Below, one piece after another: positions 42,441-52,173 of a stretch of 64,000 nucleotides of DNA. The translations under genes were made by a program, and so were the position numbers. Every line of letters begins with the position of its first letter. The first letter of the stretch is position 1. Where the stretch lies: NCBI GenBank assembly GCA_964427715.1, contig CAYRUV010000003.1, positions 9,837 to 73,836 of the forward strand, written 5' to 3'. The notes beneath the pieces were generated by a model. It searched no databases. It saw nothing but the letters and a program-made list of their open reading frames with translations, and had not been told where the DNA came from. Source of the DNA: an uncultured archaeon. Lineage in GTDB: Archaea; Iainarchaeota; Iainarchaeia; Iainarchaeales; VGJJ01.

Positions 42441-43778
42441 TTAGTTTTCTTTCTTCCCTAAAATTTTGTTAATTTCTTTACAGAGGCCCGAAATGGGTGT
42501 TATCTTGACCATTTTCTCCTCTCCTGACTTCATGTCGCGGATCTTCACGCTCTTCTCCTTAAGCTCGTCTTCCCCCGCAAACAATACAATGGGGATTTGC
42601 TTCGAATTAGCGTAGTTGAGGTTCTTCCCCACTCCCCGATTCATCAAATCAATATCAACCCTCAACCCTTCGTCGCGGAGCTGATTCGTCAATAGTTGAG
42701 CTTCATCGAAGACTTTTCCAATAGGAATCACGAACACATCCAAGGGGGGTTCGCTCCACTTCTCCAAAAGCACGGAGACCAGTCGGTCGACACCAAAAGA
42801 GATCCCAACCGCGGGCAGGTCAGGTCCGCCTAGGCTTCGGATGAGGTTGTCATATCGTCCTCCGCTTCCTACACTCGCCGAGACGCCTCCGTAGATTTCC
42901 CACACGGGTCCGGTGTAGTATTCCAATCCTCGCACCAAACTCGGGTCAAACTTCACGAAGTCGCTCTTTCCTTGCGCATCGAGGGTTTTCATGAGCCCTT
43001 CTAGGGTCGTGACTCCGGTCAAATCCAACCCGGCTTCCTTCAAGGCCCGCTTGATCTCAGGAAGAGTAGATTCGAGGTACGTGAGGACATCCGTGGAGAG
43101 TCCCTTGGACTCCAGGTCTTTCTTCACGCCTTCTAGTCCAATCTTATCCAGCTTGTCTAAGGAGCGCATGGCTTCCTTGGCGCGCTCAGCAGGGATTTGT
43201 GTGAGGAGCAATAATTCATTGGTGATTCTTCGATCGTTGATTCGGAAGTAGAATCCTTCCACTCCCAATGATTGCATGACGTCAATCCCCAACAGCAAGC
43301 ATTCTGCCTCGGCCGCTTCTCCTTTGACTCCAATAATGTCGCAGTCGGCTTGCGTGAATTCGCGATAACGCAGGGCTTGGGGATTATCATACCGGTAGAC
43401 CGTGCCCATGTTCAAGGCCTTGATGGGTTTAGGAAGTTCGGGATTCCCCGCAAGTACGCGCGCCAAGGAGGTGGTATGCTCGAATCGCATCCCCAGTTTT
43501 CTCTTGGATTGATCCTCTAGGGTAAAGAGTTCCTTCACGGCCTCGTCGCCTCCCCCTCCCTTGATGGTTAATACTTCGAGGTTTTCCAACACAGGCAACT
43601 GCATGGGTTCAAACCCATACCGGGCCGCTCTTTCCGTGATAAGTGCTTCTACTTTTCGTTTGAGTCGGGCTTCCTTCCCTAGAATGTCGCGCATGCCCTT
43701 AACCGGCTGCGTGGAAATAGTCGTCATGGAGGATGGATTGGTTGGGAGTGAATTAAAACCCTCGTCTGATGGATTCAT
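42441..43778 (-). CDS. hisS: Histidine--tRNA ligase
   Basis: VKGMRDILGKEA, YRYDNPQALRYREFTQADCDIIG, GSGGRYDNLI and a C-terminal anticodon-binding domain. ATGA overlap with the upstream AbrB-like gene. Confidence 0.93.
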   Translation of the reverse strand: MNPSDEGFNSLPTNPSSMTTISTQPVKGMRDILGKEARLKRKVEALITERAARYGFEPMQLPVLENLEVLTIKGGGGDEAVKELFTLEDQSKRKLGMRFEHTTSLARVLAGNPELPKPIKALNMGTVYRYDNPQALRYREFTQADCDIIGVKGEAAEAECLLLGIDVMQSLGVEGFYFRINDRRITNELLLLTQIPAERAKEAMRSLDKLDKIGLEGVKKDLESKGLSTDVLTYLESTLPEIKRALKEAGLDLTGVTTLEGLMKTLDAQGKSDFVKFDPSLVRGLEYYTGPVWEIYGGVSASVGSGGRYDNLIRSLGGPDLPAVGISFGVDRLVSVLLEKWSEPPLDVFVIPIGKVFDEAQLLTNQLRDEGLRVDIDLMNRGVGKNLNYANSKQIPIVLFAGEDELKEKSVKIRDMKSGEEKMVKITPISGLCKEINKILGKKEN

Positions 43779-43960
43779 GAAAATCCCTCCAGGGTGGTTT
43801 TGCTCGGGATGCGGATGATTCTCAACTCCGAAGGCTGTTCCAGCGAATATTCGATGATCAGTTCTTCCCCTTCCTCGAATCCGAGACTCTTACGCATCGA
43901 GGAGGGTAATACCATGCGTCCTTTCGCGTCCAGCTTAACGAGAATCGTATCGAGGTCCAT
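43775..43960 (-). CDS. AbrB/MazE/SpoVT-type DNA-binding domain protein
   Basis: VKLDAKGRMVLPSSMRKSLGFEEGEELIIEY: the swapped-hairpin barrel signature. 61 aa. Confidence 0.7.
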   Translation of the reverse strand: MDLDTILVKLDAKGRMVLPSSMRKSLGFEEGEELIIEYSLEQPSELRIIRIPSKTTLEGFS

Positions 43961-44090
43961 GAAGACGCGATACCTTGGGTTGTAGAACGAGTTTCGACTT
44001 ACTTGTATTCATGTTCATGCGTCATTCACCTCAATAGGATAAACTGAGCGTCGAATGATTTTAAAGCGCGCGTGGGACGGAGGGAAAAAA

Positions 44091-44909
44091 CTACCCTTCC
44101 TGCTCATCCCACCAGCGATATTGGATGAATCCAATGGAGGAGGCGAGGATCATGAATCGTCCCGCCCAGGAGTAGGCGTCTCCGGGGTATTGGGAGAGGA
44201 TGAAGTCCAGCATGGCCAGCCCTAATATGCCTAATGAGATGACGAACCAGTGCCACGCCTTCGCGCTCTTTTCCCAATACTCGATGGCGAATCGCGCGGA
44301 GGCGGTGCAGTAGAGGATGAGGACAAGGGTCATGAGCTGCTGGCGCGCGAGTGTGCTTCCAGTGAGCGCGGTGAATAATGGGGGAAGGAGGGTGTGGAAC
44401 TTGTAGAGCGCGGCCACCCCTACAATCATGAGAATCGTTCCCACAATCAAGCGGTGGGGCACGGCGCGTATGCGTGCATCCGTGTGGGATTGGTGGAATA
44501 GGATGCCGGTGATTCCAAACCCGAAGACAAACAGGTAGTAGGCTAGGTTGATGTTGGGGGGAGAAATGGCCCCGAACAATCCTACTAATCCTAATCCTGC
44601 GAGAATGTGCGTGAGTCCAAGCAGCCAGACACCGGCTCCCATGGTGAGTGCCTGTCTCGATTTTTGCTTGGTGGCCTTGCGCACTAAGTGGGCGGCGGAT
44701 AGGAGGCAGATGCCCCCGCTCAGCACATACAATAGTCCCGCGAACCAGGGAATCTCCACCGAGTAGAATTGGGTGCTCAATATTTGGAGGGCGAAGTGAA
44801 GGATCACCACCCCCACGATGAGTGCCTTCATGCTCGGCTTGGGGGAGAATAGGAACATGTTCCATTTGCGGAAAATGGAGTATTTAATGCACCCGTCTCC
44901 AGGGCCCAC
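44091..44909 (-). CDS. Hypothetical polytopic membrane protein (about 8 TM)
   Basis: Hydrophobic throughout. The alternative same-strand frame (44104-44865) is Arg/His/Pro-rich and was rejected. Confidence 0.5.
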   Translation of the reverse strand: MGPGDGCIKYSIFRKWNMFLFSPKPSMKALIVGVVILHFALQILSTQFYSVEIPWFAGLLYVLSGGICLLSAAHLVRKATKQKSRQALTMGAGVWLLGLTHILAGLGLVGLFGAISPPNINLAYYLFVFGFGITGILFHQSHTDARIRAVPHRLIVGTILMIVGVAALYKFHTLLPPLFTALTGSTLARQQLMTLVLILYCTASARFAIEYWEKSAKAWHWFVISLGILGLAMLDFILSQYPGDAYSWAGRFMILASSIGFIQYRWWDEQEG

Positions 44910-44989
44910 GCCCCCTTTTAAAAGCCTTGATTCGCCTTTTTTGATTGAGGGACAACTCCCTCCATTTCTCGTTCGTTGAACGGGTCATG

Positions 44990-45060
44990 GCCCGTGCAGT
45001 GTGGCGGTCGCATACAAGCCTGTGGAGCTTGTGGGAGGGGTTCGACTCCCCTCATGGGCA
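44990..45060 (+). tRNA. tRNA-His (anticodon GTG)
   Basis: Acceptor GCCCGTG/CATGGGC (one G-U pair), anticodon stem CAAGC/GCTTG with loop CTGTGGA, T arm AGGGG-TTCGACT-CCCCT. A genomic G sits at -1 (44989). Discriminator is A. Confidence 0.85.
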
Positions 45061-45061
45061 C

Positions 45062-45066
45062 TTTTT
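45062..45066 (+). terminator. Oligo-T (T5) tract immediately after tRNA-His
   Basis: CTTTTTG follows the discriminator. Archaeal RNA polymerase terminates at oligo-T. Confidence 0.4.
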
Positions 45067-45069
45067 GAG

Positions 45070-46449
45070 TTAGTCCTTGTCGAGGGCGGTGCATTGCAGG
45101 TCGTACTGGCATATTTGCTCGCATGCCTTATCGCTCGGAGTCACATCTTCATCGTTTTTCGTGCAGGCGTTGAAGCACTGGTTCTCTTGGGACTTGGTGC
45201 ACGTGGGCCACCCGGATGCATCGACGACCACGACCTCATGGTCGATCGTGGATCCAGGGCCGAATGCATTCCATGCGTTTTGGTATGCGAACTTTTCCTG
45301 CCCTTCAATAGGAGTCGCCGCGATGAATGCGCGGGAGAACTCGATGATTCGATCGTAGACGTCAGGGTCATAGTTGTATTCCGGTCCCGCATGGGTGCCC
45401 CACATCACTTGGTCGGGTACCGCCTTGATGAGGGGAAGGTAGACGGCGATGGCATTGGAGAGCATTTTTGCATGATTCGCCTCATATTCTTCCAGGAATC
45501 GTTCCGCGCCTTTGGCTAATGGAACGGTTTCAAACTCATACAGGATGCTGCTGCCATTCCCCGCGTCATACATGAGGTGATCCACGTCCACACTATAGTA
45601 GAGATTCGGGTTCTCCTTCATGATGGTGATGAGCTTTTCCCGATCCGCAGAGAAATCCTCATAGCCCTGGTGCAGGATAAATTGCACATCCGGATAGGCA
45701 CTCACGAGCGCCTCGATGTCATCGGTTTCTCCCTTTCCGGGATGAAACATGACGTTGATGGTTTCGTCCTGGGCGAACTCCACCAATTTTTTCATCTTGG
45801 TCCCGTTCACCGGGTCGCCGGGCCAGTCAAATTGTTCCAGTTTTCCGATTCCCTTCAGGATTCCTTTCCCGGCAATTCCAGTTGCAGAAAAATAAGCGTC
45901 GCGGTAGAACTGGAGGAGTTCTCCGTCTGGGAGGAGGGAGATATCATCATTATCCCACTCTAATGAGAGGAACGGAATCACTCGTTGAGGGTGCGTCTGC
46001 ACTGCGTCCACCAAGAATCCCAATCCATCCTGGTTGGATAGTTTTCCTTCCTCGGCTTTCCCAGGGATTTCAAAAAAACCAATGAAGGCGTGGACGCCGT
46101 TGCGGTTCATTCCGGCAAAGTATTGGTCCATGGGGGCATTGTCAATTTGGATACTCGAATCCACCAATGTTCCAGAGTAGGTCCCCTCATACGTGACTTG
46201 AGGGAGGGTGAAATAGTCCGTGCTTGGAACCGGGCTCGGCTCCACAGGGGTCTCTTCGACCGGCAAATCAGGGGTTTCCTCAACCGAAGGGGTAGGGGTG
46301 GCGGGAACCTCGGTGATGGTGGGGGTGGGGTCCACGGGGGGTGTTTCCGGAACAACAGGCGCTTGAACGGGAGGCTGGGCGCATCCAGCCACTAGAATGA
46401 GGAATAATACCGATATAATGAGTCCTAGAATGGGTTTCATGACACCCAT
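45070..46449 (-). CDS. Hypothetical lipoprotein with a Pro/Thr/Glu-rich linker, a large globular domain and a Cys-rich C-terminal tail
   Basis: LILVAGC lipobox, (P/T/E/V)-rich region about 60 aa long, tail CTKSQENQCFNACTKNDEDVTPSDKACEQICQYDLQC. No catalytic motif that I can name. Confidence 0.5.
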   Translation of the reverse strand: MGVMKPILGLIISVLFLILVAGCAQPPVQAPVVPETPPVDPTPTITEVPATPTPSVEETPDLPVEETPVEPSPVPSTDYFTLPQVTYEGTYSGTLVDSSIQIDNAPMDQYFAGMNRNGVHAFIGFFEIPGKAEEGKLSNQDGLGFLVDAVQTHPQRVIPFLSLEWDNDDISLLPDGELLQFYRDAYFSATGIAGKGILKGIGKLEQFDWPGDPVNGTKMKKLVEFAQDETINVMFHPGKGETDDIEALVSAYPDVQFILHQGYEDFSADREKLITIMKENPNLYYSVDVDHLMYDAGNGSSILYEFETVPLAKGAERFLEEYEANHAKMLSNAIAVYLPLIKAVPDQVMWGTHAGPEYNYDPDVYDRIIEFSRAFIAATPIEGQEKFAYQNAWNAFGPGSTIDHEVVVVDASGWPTCTKSQENQCFNACTKNDEDVTPSDKACEQICQYDLQCTALDKD

Positions 46450-46502
46450 TCGTGGTCTGGGAATTTAAACGTGTTGCGGGCCATCTCTTCTATTCCAGTG
46501 CT

Positions 46503-46576
46503 GCCTCTGTAGTATAACCTGGATAGTACGCGAGCTTGCGGAGCTTGTAATCAGGGTTCAAATCCCTGCAGAGGCG
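46503..46576 (+). tRNA. tRNA-Arg (anticodon GCG)
   Basis: Acceptor GCCTCTG/CAGAGGC, anticodon stem CGAGC/GCTTG with loop TTGCGGA, T arm CAGGG-TTCAAAT-CCCTG. GAATTTAAAC box about 35 nt upstream. Confidence 0.88.
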
Positions 46577-46588
46577 CTTTACGTTCCT

Positions 46589-47098
46589 TTATTTTACTGA
46601 ATATTTCATCTCCACTAACCCTTCCTTGAATGCGTGCGTGGAAATAAGTTTCAGGGGGAGTTCCTTCATCCCTTTCAAGAGTGGAATTCCTTTTCCCAAA
46701 ATTCGCGGGTGCACGTACAACCACATCTCATCCACTACTCCTTCGTTCACCAGCAAGGATGCGAGTTGTCCACCCCCAACGAGCCAGATGGGTTTTCCTT
46801 TTTTCTGTTTGAGTTTTTTCACGAATGAGGGAATGTTTTTCGTGACCACCTTTACGTATTTTTGATCAGGAACAAATCCCTTCTTGGAGAACACGATGCA
46901 TTCCTTATCCGCATAGGGTTGTTTCTCGAATCCCCGCGCCACGTCCCACGTTTTCCGTCCCATGATGACGGTTCCAAGGGATGAATAGAATTTTTGGTAG
47001 CCAAACTCTCCTTCCTGAAAAAGCCAATCCACGCTCCCATTCTTTCGTGCGATAAATAAATCCAGAGACGTGGCGATGTAGAGAATTATCTTGCGCAT
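46589..47098 (-). CDS. Dihydrofolate reductase-like protein (RibD C-terminal domain family), second copy
   Basis: MRKIILYIATSLDLFIARKNGSVDWLF...MGRKTW...WLVGGGQLASLLVNEGVVDEMWLYVHPRILGKG. Confidence 0.8.
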   Translation of the reverse strand: MRKIILYIATSLDLFIARKNGSVDWLFQEGEFGYQKFYSSLGTVIMGRKTWDVARGFEKQPYADKECIVFSKKGFVPDQKYVKVVTKNIPSFVKKLKQKKGKPIWLVGGGQLASLLVNEGVVDEMWLYVHPRILGKGIPLLKGMKELPLKLISTHAFKEGLVEMKYSVK

Positions 47099-47148
47099 GA
47101 AGGGGAAGATGGCAAAGGAGTACTAAAACGCGCGCATCGGACGTCGCC

Positions 47149-48294
47149 CTAGAATTTGCTTCCCGCATCCTGGGGGGAGGGTGGAGTAGTGGCTGTTTCA
47201 GGCGGTATTTCTTCCACGTGCGTATAGACGGGCGCCGCAGGAGTGTTGTCCGGCACGGCCGGCGCGGACCATCCGGTTCCATCCGAGGGAGGATTGCTTG
47301 CCGATAATGTATTGTCTTCCACGCCGTATGTTTCCGCAGGAATGAATTGGAACAATAGGGTGCCAAAGACCGCCGACAAGGGCTGCAGCACGAAGGTGGC
47401 CATGAGGAAGAAAATAATACTTCCCAAGAATGCGGCGATGACCCAGTAGTATTGTTTCAGTGTCGAATATCCTGGGACCGTTTTCTCAATCTGCGTGAGG
47501 ATAGAGGAGGTGTCGATGGTCTTCTGTTCGTCCTTCACTTGCTGGTTAATCTTGTCTCGGTACTCTTGCGAGTTTACATTCTCAAGGGTTTGATCCATCA
47601 GGGTAACAAATCCCGTGACTTCCACATCTGTTTTGTTGCGAAGCTTGGTGAAGGATTCCGATTCCGTAATTTGGATGAGGGTGTTGCGTTGCGTGGTGAT
47701 GAGGAAGTCGGCGGTGATTTTCTGCACGTCAAGTTGTTGGATAACTTTTCCCTGGAACAATGAGTTCTCAAATTGTCCAAAGAGGGCCTGGCTCTGGGGC
47801 AGTGCGACCATGGCCAGCGTCACAAGGACACCCACTCCAATAATCTGCAGTCCCCGCTGCGCCCCGGAGAAGCTGGATCGGAACACGACAAAGTTCTTCA
47901 ATTCCAACCGTTTCATCCGGCTGGTTTCCAACATGAGGGGGATGGATCCGAAATAGAATAGGGCCAGAGGATACCACTGGGCGAACTTTCCAAACAGCAA
48001 GGCACTAATCGCACAGGCCAGTACAGAGGGAACGACAGTGGCCACATACACGCGGGCTCGATCGTCCTTGTCCGCGGAAGCCGTGATGAGGGCGAGGGTC
48101 GCGGAGAAGAATAGGGCGAACAGGGCAAAGTTAACCGAGAGAACGAACCCAATCGACTGAAGATTTCCCACGCTCGAAAGAAGGGAGTCGGGGGTAATGG
48201 CGAGCTGGTCGAGGAAGAAAGCCCACAATAGGGTGAGGATGAAAATTCCGGCCCCAATGATTAGTGTCTTGCGGGTTCCCAGCTCTACGCTCAT
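47149..48294 (-). CDS. Hypothetical multi-TM membrane protein with a large loop and a Pro/Thr-rich C-terminus
   Basis: Start at MSVELGT (ATGA overlap with the map stop). The upstream 58 codons of the track ORF overlap map in another frame. Confidence 0.5.
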   Translation of the reverse strand: MSVELGTRKTLIIGAGIFILTLLWAFFLDQLAITPDSLLSSVGNLQSIGFVLSVNFALFALFFSATLALITASADKDDRARVYVATVVPSVLACAISALLFGKFAQWYPLALFYFGSIPLMLETSRMKRLELKNFVVFRSSFSGAQRGLQIIGVGVLVTLAMVALPQSQALFGQFENSLFQGKVIQQLDVQKITADFLITTQRNTLIQITESESFTKLRNKTDVEVTGFVTLMDQTLENVNSQEYRDKINQQVKDEQKTIDTSSILTQIEKTVPGYSTLKQYYWVIAAFLGSIIFFLMATFVLQPLSAVFGTLLFQFIPAETYGVEDNTLSASNPPSDGTGWSAPAVPDNTPAAPVYTHVEEIPPETATTPPSPQDAGSKF

Positions 48295-49196
48295 ACGAGA
48301 CGGAGGACCTTTCCCTTGTTTATTAACATGGTGGTCTCGAACTGCGCAACTATAGCGCCCTTCTTCTCGCGTAAAACCGAGTGGGCCTCTAATGCGCCGA
48401 ACTTTACCAGTTCTCGCAGGGCTACTTTGCGTGCGAACTCGCTCATTTCCAGGTCGCGCACCAACCATCGTTCGGCGAAGGGGAGCCCATCATAGTTTTC
48501 CGTGCAAAATTCCAATACCTTTCTCGCATTCGTATTACGAACGCCCCCCTGGGCGATGACTTCGAATATCTCCACTTGACCCGCGTCCACAATTCGTCCA
48601 TTCCCATGAATACTCCCAAAGGGTTCCATGGCGTAGGCGAATCCCTCCTCGAGAGTTTCCACATCTCCCGAATCGACGTTGGGGATGGTGGGAGGGCAGT
48701 GGGCGATGTATTGGTCGATTCCATGACCGGAGAGATTTTCCACTGGGTCCACGTTGTGCGCGCGCAATGTTTCCGCAATCGCCGCACCCAATTCTCGCAC
48801 TTCCACTCCTTCTTTAACTTTAGAAAATCCGGCTTCGAGTGCGGCTTTCGTTGCATTAATCAAGTTTTTTGTCTCAGGCGTTTGGGCGAAATCGAGTGTG
48901 ATGGCGGCATCAATGATGTATCCTTCTTTGTGGACGCCGATATCCACCTTCAACACGTCTCCTTTCTGGACTTTTGTTTGGTCGTCGTGTGCAGGAGTGT
49001 AGTGCGCAGCGATATCATTCAAGGATAAATTAAGCGGAAACGCGATTCCACATCCATGTTTGAGAGTAAGAGCTTCAATTTCTTCCGCGATGTCGAGTAG
49101 TTTGACGCCGGGCTGGATCATATCCACGGCTTTCTTGCGGCACAAGGCATGCACCTTGGCGGCATCTTCGTAATGCTCAACGATGTGGGAGTCCAT
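48291..49196 (-). CDS. map: Methionine aminopeptidase, type 2 (archaeal)
   Basis: LSLNDIAAHYTP, DVLKVDIGVHKEGYIIDAA, LSGHGI, AMEPF and the archaeal/eukaryal helical insert. Confidence 0.93.
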   Translation of the reverse strand: MDSHIVEHYEDAAKVHALCRKKAVDMIQPGVKLLDIAEEIEALTLKHGCGIAFPLNLSLNDIAAHYTPAHDDQTKVQKGDVLKVDIGVHKEGYIIDAAITLDFAQTPETKNLINATKAALEAGFSKVKEGVEVRELGAAIAETLRAHNVDPVENLSGHGIDQYIAHCPPTIPNVDSGDVETLEEGFAYAMEPFGSIHGNGRIVDAGQVEIFEVIAQGGVRNTNARKVLEFCTENYDGLPFAERWLVRDLEMSEFARKVALRELVKFGALEAHSVLREKKGAIVAQFETTMLINKGKVLRLV

Positions 49197-49229
49197 ATCC
49201 TTCCTGCGTGAAAAAAGGTTATAATGCTG

Positions 49230-51653
49230 TCAGACGAAGGAGCCCAATCCCGTCTGCTTTCCCCCGCGCTCCAAATCGGTAGAGTCGATTCCTAGCTCGG
49301 CGAATATTTTTTCCACAGCCGGGATAACTTGGTTTTGGATGTAATAGTTCGCATCATAGTCTCCTTCTTTCACAAACTCTTCTAATTCGGCCCGGTCGGA
49401 AATAGATTTTCCTTTGGAGGTGATGATGAATCCGAGCATTTGTCCAACCAAGACTTCCTTTCCCCTTTTCTGCGCTTTGAGTGCGGCAGAAACATGCGGG
49501 GCCATGGCCGCATACGCATCTGGTCGTCGTTGCATTTGGGTGAGTACAACCAATTCTTTCTTGGGAACTTTCCCTTCCTTCAGTCGTTGAATAACTTCCA
49601 ACACGATTTCGTGGGCGCGCTTTGGGTCTCCTTTCACCAACACTTCTTCCAACACTCTCTTTTGTGTTTCGCGCGCGATAATGCTCACGTCCCTGCGCAC
49701 GTATTCAAATCCTACAATCGTGAGGTTGTTTTCAAAGTCCGCGAGGGCGTATCGTTTCTTCGCCGCGTGTCCTTCTTTCTTAGTGACGAATATTCCTCGC
49801 TTGTAGAGTCCTTCAAATTCCAACTCCATTCTCCCTGGGAGTTTCTTGTTGACTTTTTGCACAAACTTCCGCACATCTTCTTCCGTCTTTTTTCCAGGCA
49901 AGAGGATGAAGGCCGAGTCCGTGTCTCCATACACGGGATTAAACCCTTCTTCTTCGGCCCAATTCAGTGTTTGTCGGATGTAGTGTCTCGACCACGCCGT
50001 AATGGCACGCGCGGACTCCCTCGAATACCAGCGGAAACGAGGATACGCGAGGGTGCCAAAGAATGAATTCAGGACAATCTTGAGTGCTTGTTTTCGCGCT
50101 TTGAGGAATACCAATTGTGGATCTCCTTTCGCTGTTTCATCCATCTTTTTTTGTACGGCAATACGTGCGTCGAGGATGCGTTCTAATACCGTGGAGAACA
50201 ATCCTTTCTTTTTAGTGCAGAACCAATGTCCCGTGGGGGATTTGTTGACGCCTTCTTTACAAGTAGGATGTTCACAATCCAGCGTATCAGGGGAGATATT
50301 ATGGGAGATCATAATGGAGGGATGTAGAGAGCGAAAATCCAACACGGCCAAATTTTCATGCAGGCCTGCCACCGGCTCCTTAACATATCCTCCCTCAATG
50401 GGGGTATTTTCCCGCGCGCGCACTTGTTCATCCGAGGGAGAGTTGGGGAACATCTTTCCTTGCTTCACACTCTCATTCATGAGGGTGGTTTCAACGAGCT
50501 GTGAGGCGGTCATTCGGTTGACTTCGAATAGGGTCAAGTGCACCAGTCGGGCGATTTCCAATAATGAGGGGAGAAATTCATCTCCCAATTCCTGCGTGTA
50601 TTCGGTGTCGGTGAGGTTGTACAACGCGAGCTTGTCCAATCCCTTTTGGGTTTTCCACGTTTCAACAATCTGAGCGTGCGTGAGGGATTTTTCTCCTTTT
50701 CCAAACACCGCGCGCATGACGCTTTCCAAATCCATGCGGGGGGATTTGATGACTTGGAACCGTGCTAAGAGTCGCATCAGCTGATACACGTCCACGTGTT
50801 GCATTCCATGGATTCGGGCTTCGCGTTCGGTTCCTTTTCCCACGAGTTGGACGTCTCCGAATCCATAGTCCATTTTCACCATGTTGCGTTTGGAACGCTC
50901 AACTAGGAAAGGAAAATCGAAGTGATCTCCGTTATACGTGTAAATCACATCCAAGTCCGCAAGAGCTAGAAACGTGGAGGTTTGTTCCAAGACTTTTTTC
51001 TCATTCAAACAAGGCTGCGTGAATTCGTCATGGTAGTCCGCGGCGATGAATACTTTTTTCCCCACCGGCGTGTTCAATGCCACACTGATGATGGGATCTT
51101 TCTCCGGAAGAGGTATTTTGTGCGTCCCATACGTTTCAATGTCCAAGGATCCCGTGCGCAAGAGAGGAACATCCCCTTCAATGGATTGGATGGTTTTCAC
51201 GTGCCCTTCTTTCGTGAGGGTCCATTCCGTGAGCGTGTAGGGAATGAGCTGCTTGTCCAACAAGTAGCGTTTCGTGTAGGGGATGTTGGATTCGAACAGG
51301 GCCTCGACGAAGGGGTAGTTTTTGATGACGTCCCGGGAACGGACTAATTCATTGATGGTCTTGAATGTGAGTTTGAGGTAGGGTTTCTTTTCCCGCTCTA
51401 TCAATTCAACCCTCAATGGAACAATGCCTCCCGGGAGGGTCTCCTCTTTCATCTGGGAAAGAATCTTTTTGGGGTCCGCGGAGGGTACTAATTGGATGTA
51501 GTAATAGGGGGGGAATTCCACGTCCAATAGGTGGATTATCCCAGCCTGGGGGGCAATAGGCCGTATGAACAGGTCGATGACCGACATTCCCTCGTATTCG
51601 TGCGTTTGGACGTCGAGTAGCACCCCTTTATTTGCCTGTTTTTGACTGGTCAT
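49230..51653 (-). CDS. polB: DNA polymerase, family B
   Basis: Exo I SLDIETY, Exo II IYTYNGDHFDFPFL, pol motif A LDFRSLHPSIM, motif B KIVLNSFFG, motif C YGDTDS. 807 aa, no intein. Confidence 0.95.
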   Translation of the reverse strand: MTSQKQANKGVLLDVQTHEYEGMSVIDLFIRPIAPQAGIIHLLDVEFPPYYYIQLVPSADPKKILSQMKEETLPGGIVPLRVELIEREKKPYLKLTFKTINELVRSRDVIKNYPFVEALFESNIPYTKRYLLDKQLIPYTLTEWTLTKEGHVKTIQSIEGDVPLLRTGSLDIETYGTHKIPLPEKDPIISVALNTPVGKKVFIAADYHDEFTQPCLNEKKVLEQTSTFLALADLDVIYTYNGDHFDFPFLVERSKRNMVKMDYGFGDVQLVGKGTEREARIHGMQHVDVYQLMRLLARFQVIKSPRMDLESVMRAVFGKGEKSLTHAQIVETWKTQKGLDKLALYNLTDTEYTQELGDEFLPSLLEIARLVHLTLFEVNRMTASQLVETTLMNESVKQGKMFPNSPSDEQVRARENTPIEGGYVKEPVAGLHENLAVLDFRSLHPSIMISHNISPDTLDCEHPTCKEGVNKSPTGHWFCTKKKGLFSTVLERILDARIAVQKKMDETAKGDPQLVFLKARKQALKIVLNSFFGTLAYPRFRWYSRESARAITAWSRHYIRQTLNWAEEEGFNPVYGDTDSAFILLPGKKTEEDVRKFVQKVNKKLPGRMELEFEGLYKRGIFVTKKEGHAAKKRYALADFENNLTIVGFEYVRRDVSIIARETQKRVLEEVLVKGDPKRAHEIVLEVIQRLKEGKVPKKELVVLTQMQRRPDAYAAMAPHVSAALKAQKRGKEVLVGQMLGFIITSKGKSISDRAELEEFVKEGDYDANYYIQNQVIPAVEKIFAELGIDSTDLERGGKQTGLGSFV

Positions 51654-51688
51654 ACGTGTTTTTTAAGGCCCCAAGGCTCTTTTAACTC

Positions 51689-52147
51689 ATGCCTGGACCC
51701 TCCCCTGAAAACCCTGGAATGAGCCCCTCGATGGCCCCTAAGGGCGGGGACTATTTGATGTCCATGAACCGGGACCTCAAGGCCCTCTCCGCGGCCGTGA
51801 TGGTCATCACCCAGAAAATCAAGTATTTGGTGAGAAATGAGAAAATTCTGGGGAGAAACCTCATTGTAATCAATAAGCGTGTGAGGGACCTCCAGCAGCA
51901 GGTCTCCCAGACTCAAAACCAGGGGGTCAATGATTCCGTGAAAGCCGCTCTGGATGATCTCACGCGACAAGTCTCGGCCATCTCCCAACGCTTAGTAGAA
52001 TTGGAAGCCAAAGTCGATGACGTGTCTCGTTCCTCCGCGAAAAATGAGGATGTGCGAGAAATCAAGTATGTGGTGGACACGCTCAACCCGTTGCATTTCA
52101 TCACCGTGGAACAGGCCCAGCAGATGATGGACAAGAACAAGAAATAA
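51689..52147 (+). CDS. Hypothetical coiled-coil protein
   Basis: Heptad-rich (LIVINKRVRDLQQQVSQ..., QRLVELEAKVDDV). No recognisable domain. Confidence 0.45.
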   Translation: MPGPSPENPGMSPSMAPKGGDYLMSMNRDLKALSAAVMVITQKIKYLVRNEKILGRNLIVINKRVRDLQQQVSQTQNQGVNDSVKAALDDLTRQVSAISQRLVELEAKVDDVSRSSAKNEDVREIKYVVDTLNPLHFITVEQAQQMMDKNKK

Positions 52148-52173
52148 TACACGTCTATTTTTTCCGTAGCTTC

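Noticed and set aside
44104-44865. 253-aa alternative same-strand frame inside the membrane-protein gene at 44091-44909.
   Set aside because: The translation is dominated by Arg/His/Pro/Gly and has no hydrophobic core. The overlapping frame gives a coherent multi-TM protein.
45001-45519. 172-aa plus-strand ORF.
   Set aside because: It starts inside tRNA-His and runs antisense to the lipoprotein gene at 45070-46449. It has no motifs.
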